Shown: one piece after another, positions 58,639 through 64,000 of the stretch | Numbering within the stretch: the stretch's first letter is position 1 | Layout: each line of letters opens with the position of its first letter | Assembly: GCA_964415175.1 (NCBI GenBank) | Contig: CAYPYG010000003.1 | Span: 65,586 to 129,585 of the forward strand | Length of the DNA stretch: 64,000 nucleotides | DNA from: an uncultured Elusimicrobiaceae bacterium | GTDB lineage: Bacteria; Elusimicrobiota; Elusimicrobia; Elusimicrobiales; UBA9959 | Reading direction: 5' to 3' | Position numbers and translations under genes: made by a program | The notes under the pieces: model-generated | What the model was told of the DNA's origin: nothing | The model's database searches: none | The model's input: the letters and a program-made list of their open reading frames with translations, nothing else

Positions 58639-58668
58639 TTTATAGGACTTTTGATTGACAGGTGTCAA
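58639..58668 (-). promoter_or_regulatory. Sigma-70-like promoter for the S8 protease gene
   Basis: On the minus strand, TTGACA (58663-58668), an 18-nt spacer, then TATAAA (58639-58644). GGAGG RBS at ~58596-58600 before ATG 58588. TTGACA is also part of the inverted repeat TTGACAggTGTCAA (58655-58668). Confidence 0.5.
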
Positions 58669-58710
58669 GCGCCGTATTGACCGGGGACAAGGCGGCGGGC
58701 GGAGGACGGG

Positions 58711-59634
58711 TCAGAAAGGGGTCTTGACCTTGCTGGTATCGAACTTGTCCACGACGCCGCTCACTTCCGGGTTGGACATGAGCATGGCGAGGGTCTGCGG
58801 GTTCTGCATGGCCAGCTGCACCAGCTGGGGGTTCTCCTGCACCAGGGCGGCGATCGCGTTCGGATCGTTCATCAGCGCCTTGGCCGCCGGCGTCTCCAGC
58901 ATGGCCGCGACCATGCCGCTGGAGGCCACGGCGCTTACCACGGCCGGATTGTTCATGGCCGCCTTGACCACGGGGTTGTTGAGGAAACTGACCGGGCCGG
59001 AGCCCTTGAGGTACTGTTTGAGCGCTTCGGGGCTCGAAGTCGCCTGCTTGACCGTGCCGCGGGCCATGAAGCCTTCGACCACGTACTTGTTGTTGAGCAG
59101 CGCCCTCACCGCCTTGGGGTTCTTCATCGCGGCGCCGACGGCCTTGGTCAGATAGCCTTTCTGGTGCCCGACGCTCATCTGCTCCCGCTTGTTCACGTCG
59201 GCCATGTCCGGCTTCTTTATCCCGGCGGCCAGCGCTTTGGACGCGGACATGCGCTCGTCGCCGCCGCCGGTCCCGCCGTCCCGGCCCTCCGCCGGCTTGG
59301 CGCCCCGCTTTTTCTCCCCGTCGGAAGAGGCGGAGCCGGACCTCACCAGGGGCTGTTCCGGCTCCTCGCCTCCCGTCCGGTACCTGACGCGCAGGACGCC
59401 GTCCACGAATTCAGGCTCCTCCAGCTCTCCCCAATCCTTGAGCTCCCCTTCGTCGGAAGCGAAGGCGCTGTAATCCTCCTTCGAGAGGCTGATCTCGCTG
59501 GAGTCTATCTTCATGCTCCAGCGGACCAGCGGCCAGAGCAGCAGCAGGTAGACCGGCGTCAGGTAGAGCCAGATGCGCCAGCCGGATCGTTTTTCGCCTG
59601 TCTCCATAAAGGGGTAAATATGATATAACACCAA
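58711..59634 (-). CDS. Membrane-anchored protein with C-terminal STI1/ubiquilin-like NP-repeat helices (hypothetical)
   Basis: TM segment WRIWLYLTPVYLLLLWPLV. The C-terminal repeats are NNPVVKAAMNNPAVVSAV...LMNDPNAIAALVQENPQLVQLAMQNPQTLAMLMSNPEV. The start may be the internal METGEK (59607). Confidence 0.6.
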   Translation of the reverse strand: MVLYHIYPFMETGEKRSGWRIWLYLTPVYLLLLWPLVRWSMKIDSSEISLSKEDYSAFASDEGELKDWGELEEPEFVDGVLRVRYRTGGEEPEQPLVRSGSASSDGEKKRGAKPAEGRDGGTGGGDERMSASKALAAGIKKPDMADVNKREQMSVGHQKGYLTKAVGAAMKNPKAVRALLNNKYVVEGFMARGTVKQATSSPEALKQYLKGSGPVSFLNNPVVKAAMNNPAVVSAVASSGMVAAMLETPAAKALMNDPNAIAALVQENPQLVQLAMQNPQTLAMLMSNPEVSGVVDKFDTSKVKTPF

Positions 59635-59669
59635 ATATAGCCCGCTGTCAATGATATCTTTCTGAATAC

Positions 59670-60929
59670 ATGACCAAATACCTGTTATACTACCCCGCGC
59701 TGTTCGCGGCCAACCTGCTGCAGGCCTTCCTTTTTTTTACCGGGCTCTACTACCTTTTTCTCAGTTTCAGGGGCCTGGCCCGTCCGCCCGCGGCGCCGCG
59801 CGACCCGGGAACGAGGGCCGTCTTCGCCGTCATGCTGCCGGCCTATAACGAGGAGAAGGTCGTGAAGTATTCCCTCGAAAGCCTACTGGGTATGGATTAC
59901 CCGCGCGAGGCTTTCGACGTCTGGCTGGTGGCCGACCACTGCACCGACGCGACGGCGGAGATAGGCGAGGCGGCCGGCGCGCGGGTGCTGCGCTACGGCC
60001 CCGCCGACGGTCCCGCCGGCAAGGCGCGGGCGCTGAACTGGGGCACGGACCGCGCGCTGGCGCACCGGCGCTACGACGCCTTCTGTTATTTCGACGCCGA
60101 TTCCCTGGCCCATCCCGGCTTCCTGAAGGCGATGAACGCGAGACTGGCCGCGGGGGAGACGGCGATACAGGGGCGGCAGCTCGCCAAGAACAAGCGCGAA
60201 GGGCTCATCCCGCGGATCCTGGCGGCCGGCCACTGCATCACGAACCGCTTCTTCCAGCAGCCCAAGGAGGCCTGGGGACTTTCCGCCACGTTCCACGGCA
60301 AAGGGATCTGCCTGACGGCTTCCGTCGCCGCCGCCTTCCGCTGGGACCAGCACTGCCTGACCGAGGACCTGGAACTCCAGATGCGCCTGGCCCGGCACGG
60401 GGTGCGCATCGCCTGGGCGGCCGACGCCGTAGTGTACGACGAGGAGCCGGTGACGCTGGCGCAGTACGTCAAACGCTCCATACGCTGGACGCGCGGTTCA
60501 CTGGACACGGCGCGCAGGCATCTGCGGGGGCTGTGGGCGCGCGCCGTCCTGAAGGGCGATTTGCGCGCGCTGGAGGCCGGCGTCTACTGCGCCCAGGCCT
60601 ACAAGTTCGCGGTCGTTTTGCTTGCGGCCGCCCTTATTTATTACACTAGGGACGGCTTCAACCTCGTGCTGTGGTTCTACGAGGTGCTGCCGGGTTCGCG
60701 GGCGGCCCTGAAAGCGCTGTCCCTCGCGCCCCTGTTGCTCTACCCCTCGACCGCGATACTGCTGGCGGGGGAAGGAGCGGACGTTTTCGCGGCTTACTTC
60801 CTGCATCCCGTGCTGCTCTCGCTGAGGATGCCGGTCTTCGTTGCGGGGCTTTTCCGCAGCCGGGACTACTGGGGCAGGACGGAACACGCCAGCCGGGTCG
60901 CCATTTCCGAACTGGCCGACCAGGAATAG
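59670..60929 (+). CDS. Membrane glycosyltransferase family 2 (processive-type)
   Basis: N- and C-terminal TM segments. Contains AVMLPAYNEEKVV, YFDADS and a QxxRW-like KRSIRWTRG. Confidence 0.8.
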   Translation: MTKYLLYYPALFAANLLQAFLFFTGLYYLFLSFRGLARPPAAPRDPGTRAVFAVMLPAYNEEKVVKYSLESLLGMDYPREAFDVWLVADHCTDATAEIGEAAGARVLRYGPADGPAGKARALNWGTDRALAHRRYDAFCYFDADSLAHPGFLKAMNARLAAGETAIQGRQLAKNKREGLIPRILAAGHCITNRFFQQPKEAWGLSATFHGKGICLTASVAAAFRWDQHCLTEDLELQMRLARHGVRIAWAADAVVYDEEPVTLAQYVKRSIRWTRGSLDTARRHLRGLWARAVLKGDLRALEAGVYCAQAYKFAVVLLAAALIYYTRDGFNLVLWFYEVLPGSRAALKALSLAPLLLYPSTAILLAGEGADVFAAYFLHPVLLSLRMPVFVAGLFRSRDYWGRTEHASRVAISELADQE

Positions 60930-60950
60930 GCCGCCGCACGGAGGATGAAA

Positions 60951-61556
60951 ATGAACAGGATGATCCTACTGCCGGCCTGCCTGGCCGCGGCCGCGCTGCT
61001 GGCCCCGGTCTCGTTCGCCGCCGACCTCGAAGTGCCCCCGGAACCGGGCGCCCTCAGCGTCTCCAGGCCGGAGGCCGGGGCCGTGATCACCGATCTGGGC
61101 GGGCGGCTGAAGCTGAGCGCCCGCCAGGAAGAGCGCATCTCGGGCGCGATACAGAAGCAGACGCGCGACTTCGACACGATCTTCAAGGAATACGAGGCGG
61201 CGGCCGCCGAGGAGAAGAAATGGCGGTACCGCATGAACGAGACCCGGTACCGGCTTTCCCTGATAAGCAGGGGGATACCCGACCTCGTCAGGGAATACCT
61301 GGACGAGGAGCAGCGGGAGGCCTTCGACGAACTCCTGGAGGAGCGGCGCAGGACCCTGGCCGAGATGAAGCAGTCCGCCCAGCCGCCGGAGAAACCGGCC
61401 GAGGCGAAGCCCAGGCCCAAGAAGAAGGTCCTGGTGCGGAAAAAGAAGGCCCCGTCCAAGGCCAAACCCGCCCCGGCCGCGCCGGCCGCCCCGGCTCCGG
61501 CCGAAGAGCCGCCGGCCCCCGAAGAAGAGTACGACGACCTGGGTTCTTATCCCTGA
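60951..61556 (+). CDS. Secreted protein with K/P/A-rich tail (hypothetical)
   Basis: Signal MNRMILLPACLAAAALLAPVSFA. ATG 60951 is preferred (GGAGG at 60940-60944), and ATG 60945 is an alternative. The tail is PEKPAEAKPRPKKKVLVRKKKAPSKAKPAPAAPAAPAPAEEPPAPEEE. Confidence 0.6.
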   Translation: MNRMILLPACLAAAALLAPVSFAADLEVPPEPGALSVSRPEAGAVITDLGGRLKLSARQEERISGAIQKQTRDFDTIFKEYEAAAAEEKKWRYRMNETRYRLSLISRGIPDLVREYLDEEQREAFDELLEERRRTLAEMKQSAQPPEKPAEAKPRPKKKVLVRKKKAPSKAKPAPAAPAAPAPAEEPPAPEEEYDDLGSYP

Positions 61557-61630
61557 ACTCCCGGTCCGGGACCGGCGCGGGGCCGCGCCCGTCCCGCGGG
61601 GCGGGGGGACGGGCTGAAGGCCCCGCCGAT

Positions 61631-64000
61631 ATGCTGAGAAGGAGATTTTCCGGGGGGGAGCCTCCCGCGGGTATTGCGATGCCGGAATTCATCCCACCAC
61701 GCGCTCCGGGCCGACGCCGGGGCGTAACCCTTACCGAACTGATGATAGCGATGTCCGTCATCACCATAGGCGTGGTGGGAGGGATGGGCGCTTTCAAGTA
61801 CATCAACGTCGCCCTGGCGCAGTCGAGGCTGAAGACCATCGCCACCAACCTCGCGCAGGAGCGGATGGAAGTGCTCAAGAACATGTCGTACTTCCAGATC
61901 AAGGTCACCACCGCCCCGGCCGTCAGTTCCGGCTATTCGCCTGATTTCATCTACGACACCGGCAGTTACCCCCCGGAACTGATAACCCTCTGGGGCATGC
62001 CGCCTTTCACCCGTTCCGTGAACGTGGACTACGCCTACGTGTCCGGCAACACGGTCTCCACCGTCACGTATACGGCCAGCGATACCGGGATGAAAAGGAT
62101 CACGGTCTACGTCACCTGGACCGACCGCGGCGAAGGCCGGAAGGTCCAGATCGACAGCTATTACCAGAACCCGGACGCCGCCACGCTGAGCGCCGGTTTC
62201 AGCGGCACGGTGAGCGAAGCGGGAGTGCCGGCGCAGGGCGTCCTGGTCCAGGTGGTAGGCACCCCGAAGTGGAGAGGTTACACCGACGCGGCCGGGGAAT
62301 ACCGGTTCCAGGTGGCGCCGGGGACCTATACGCTCAGCTGTTCGTCGGCCGGGTTCTTCTCCCAGACGACCCCCCAGAGCCTCAGCGTGCCGCAGGGCTC
62401 CTATGTGCCGAAGGATTTCTCCATCGTCCGCATCGGGACCGGCACCATCGCCTCCGACAGCGTCTACGCGGTCAATCCGGGCCTGGTCATAAGCCAGGTC
62501 GTGGCCTCGACGGTGCAGGCCGGGGGTTTCGACGCGCAGTACGTGGAACTTTTCAATCCGACGTCCGCCCCGGTAGATATCGGCCTGAACGCTTTCAGCC
62601 ATTCCATAAGGCTCAATTACGGCAGCAAGTACATGAACCAGCTCTGCTCCGACATCCCGCTGGTCTATGTCTCCACTTTCGTCCCCGCCGGAAGCTATTA
62701 CCTGATCGCCAACGCGCCCTCCCTTACCGTCGGGGGGGTCGCGCTGACGGCCGACGCGTATTACACCGATTCGGCCAACTCGGCCTGTTCCGTCGGCAGC
62801 CCGCCGGGTTTCGCCTGGGCGCCGCCGGGCGCGAAACCGATCCTGATGTACGACCACAGCGGCGCGGTCTGGCTCACGGACGCTTCGGGTCCCGTCATCG
62901 ACTCCGTCGGTTGGCGGCATACGGCCAGCGTGCCGGCCGAATGCGAAACTTCCTGCATCCCCCTGCCGGCCGGCCTCAAGCGGGATGACCAGCTCGTCCG
63001 GTTCTCCCTGCCCTGCGCGCCGGGGACGGTCTACGGCCGCGCCTACGACAGCGGGAACAACGCGAACGATTTTTATTACAACCCCGGCGGCGCGGCCGCC
63101 GGCCTGCCCTACCGCCCCTTCAACAAGGCCGCCGGCGCGCAGACCGTGCTTTCGGGCGTCCCGGCGACCGGGGCTTACGTGCTTTCCGACGACGGCAATT
63201 CCCCGGCCGTCCGCTCGTCGGTCAGTTCCGTCTCCGGCGCGCAGGGGCAGACCTGCCCGGTCTCCTCCTTCACGCTGGTCGGGGTGGCCACCGGCACCTG
63301 GAGCCTGACGGCGGCGTACGGCTCCTATATGGCGGTGATCGCGGGCGTGACGGTCTCGCAGAACGCGACGACCATGGTCCCCGGCGCCTCCACCTCTCCG
63401 CCCTGGCCCGTCGCCGGCCTCAATTATTCGGTCCTGACCTCCACTTATACTGGCGGGCTGGTCTCCGGCCACGTTTACGGCGCGGGGCCGGATCACTGGA
63501 CGCCGCTCCAGGGCAAGGCGGTCTGCTCCTCCGACGGCAATTCCATAACGACCGACGCCCAGGGCTGGTACTTCCTCGCCGTTTCGACGGGCACGGCCGT
63601 GATCACGGCCAACTGCGGTTCCGACGACGGCAATTACGGGACGGAGAACGCGGTGGTGAGCGTGAACCAGGGCGAGGTGACCACGGCGCCGGACCTGCAC
63701 CTCTCCCGCGGCGGCTATATCCGGGGTTACGTCACTTCCGGGACGGGGGCCCTGCCCAATATCCCGGTGCGGGCCTCCAACGGAGGGCCCGTCTACGAGG
63801 ATGTCAGCGACATCACGGGCTATTTCTACATCTTCGCCGCCACTTCCTCCGCCACCTACCAGATAGAACCCGACCTGGACCCGCTGCAGACCTATACCTC
63901 GGTGCCCGACATGCCGCTGGCCGCCGACGTGACCGTCGCGGGGGCCGTCGTCTTCGCCGGCACCATCACGGTGGTGGGGGCCATGGGGACCATCAACGGC
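61631..64000 (+). CDS. Large prepilin-type N-terminal-motif protein with CarboxypepD_reg-like and lamin-tail-like (LTD) regions; 3' end outside window
   Basis: It is not in the ORF track because no stop occurs. I translated 61631-64000 and found it open throughout. Contains RRGVTLTELMIAMSVITIGVVGG (pilin-like cleavage/methylation segment), GYTDAAGEYRFQVAPGTYTL and VISQVV...AQYVELFNPTSAPVDI (LTD-like). An alternative start is ATG 61679 (MPEFIPP). Confidence 0.7.
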   Translation, partial: MLRRRFSGGEPPAGIAMPEFIPPRAPGRRRGVTLTELMIAMSVITIGVVGGMGAFKYINVALAQSRLKTIATNLAQERMEVLKNMSYFQIKVTTAPAVSSGYSPDFIYDTGSYPPELITLWGMPPFTRSVNVDYAYVSGNTVSTVTYTASDTGMKRITVYVTWTDRGEGRKVQIDSYYQNPDAATLSAGFSGTVSEAGVPAQGVLVQVVGTPKWRGYTDAAGEYRFQVAPGTYTLSCSSAGFFSQTTPQSLSVPQGSYVPKDFSIVRIGTGTIASDSVYAVNPGLVISQVVASTVQAGGFDAQYVELFNPTSAPVDIGLNAFSHSIRLNYGSKYMNQLCSDIPLVYVSTFVPAGSYYLIANAPSLTVGGVALTADAYYTDSANSACSVGSPPGFAWAPPGAKPILMYDHSGAVWLTDASGPVIDSVGWRHTASVPAECETSCIPLPAGLKRDDQLVRFSLPCAPGTVYGRAYDSGNNANDFYYNPGGAAAGLPYRPFNKAAGAQTVLSGVPATGAYVLSDDGNSPAVRSSVSSVSGAQGQTCPVSSFTLVGVATGTWSLTAAYGSYMAVIAGVTVSQNATTMVPGASTSPPWPVAGLNYSVLTSTYTGGLVSGHVYGAGPDHWTPLQGKAVCSSDGNSITTDAQGWYFLAVSTGTAVITANCGSDDGNYGTENAVVSVNQGEVTTAPDLHLSRGGYIRGYVTSGTGALPNIPVRASNGGPVYEDVSDITGYFYIFAATSSATYQIEPDLDPLQTYTSVPDMPLAADVTVAGAVVFAGTITVVGAMGTING

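Noticed and set aside
1-64000. Search for tRNA, rRNA, CRISPR arrays, transposases/integrases, inverted terminal repeats and prophage genes
   Set aside because: None was recognised. The intergenic space is minimal and no regularly spaced direct repeats or recombinase-like ORFs were seen. A tRNAscan, Rfam or ISfinder run would be needed for a definitive negative.

Overview
This is a GC-rich bacterial window (composition judged by eye, not computed) with tightly packed genes. Many long ORFs in the supplied track are antisense or out-of-frame shadows. Bases ~1-53351 form one unusual locus. It holds three paralogous pairs of nitrogenase-like genes at 877-4669, 17215-20959 and 21023-24945. Each pair is an ~820-870 aa fusion of a NifH-type Fe-protein/ATPase domain to a NifD/E/BchN-like component-1 domain, followed by a ~435 aa NifK/N/BchB-like partner. 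At least 20 radical-SAM-type (rSAM) genes surround them. Sixteen belong to one paralog family (LExFLTNRCNxxCxYC ... SLDG..HD.HR.F ... GFGDFxHxPK ... LYSPGxRKxL ... KAxxLGKKL). Fifteen of these keep an intact CxxxCxxC and one has lost it. Most are chained by 4-nt ATGA/GTGA start-stop overlaps. Embedded accessory genes are a HemN-like rSAM with a Cys-rich tail, a U32 (UbiU/UbiV-like) pair plus a small rSAM on the opposite strand, an aldo/keto reductase with a C-terminal extension, a PEP-utilising-type (ATP-grasp + swivel-His) enzyme, a Cys4 module (LVPPQWRYDGRGVKVG) found both free-standing and fused, a TPR protein and a Cys-rich membrane protein. A ygeW-type carbamoyltransferase / carbamate kinase / ThrC-like / DUF867-like lipoprotein module sits inside the locus (7530-11865). 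The right end (53326-64000) is cell-envelope related: TPR-SpoIID, ECF sigma/anti-sigma, S8 protease, GT2, and a large pilin-like protein that runs off the window and is absent from the ORF track. No rRNA, tRNA, CRISPR array or mobile element was recognised. From memory, the locus resembles the nitrogenase-paralog plus radical-SAM loci reported for groundwater Elusimicrobia. Its product and chemistry are unknown, and all family assignments here are by eye and need HMM or BLAST confirmation.
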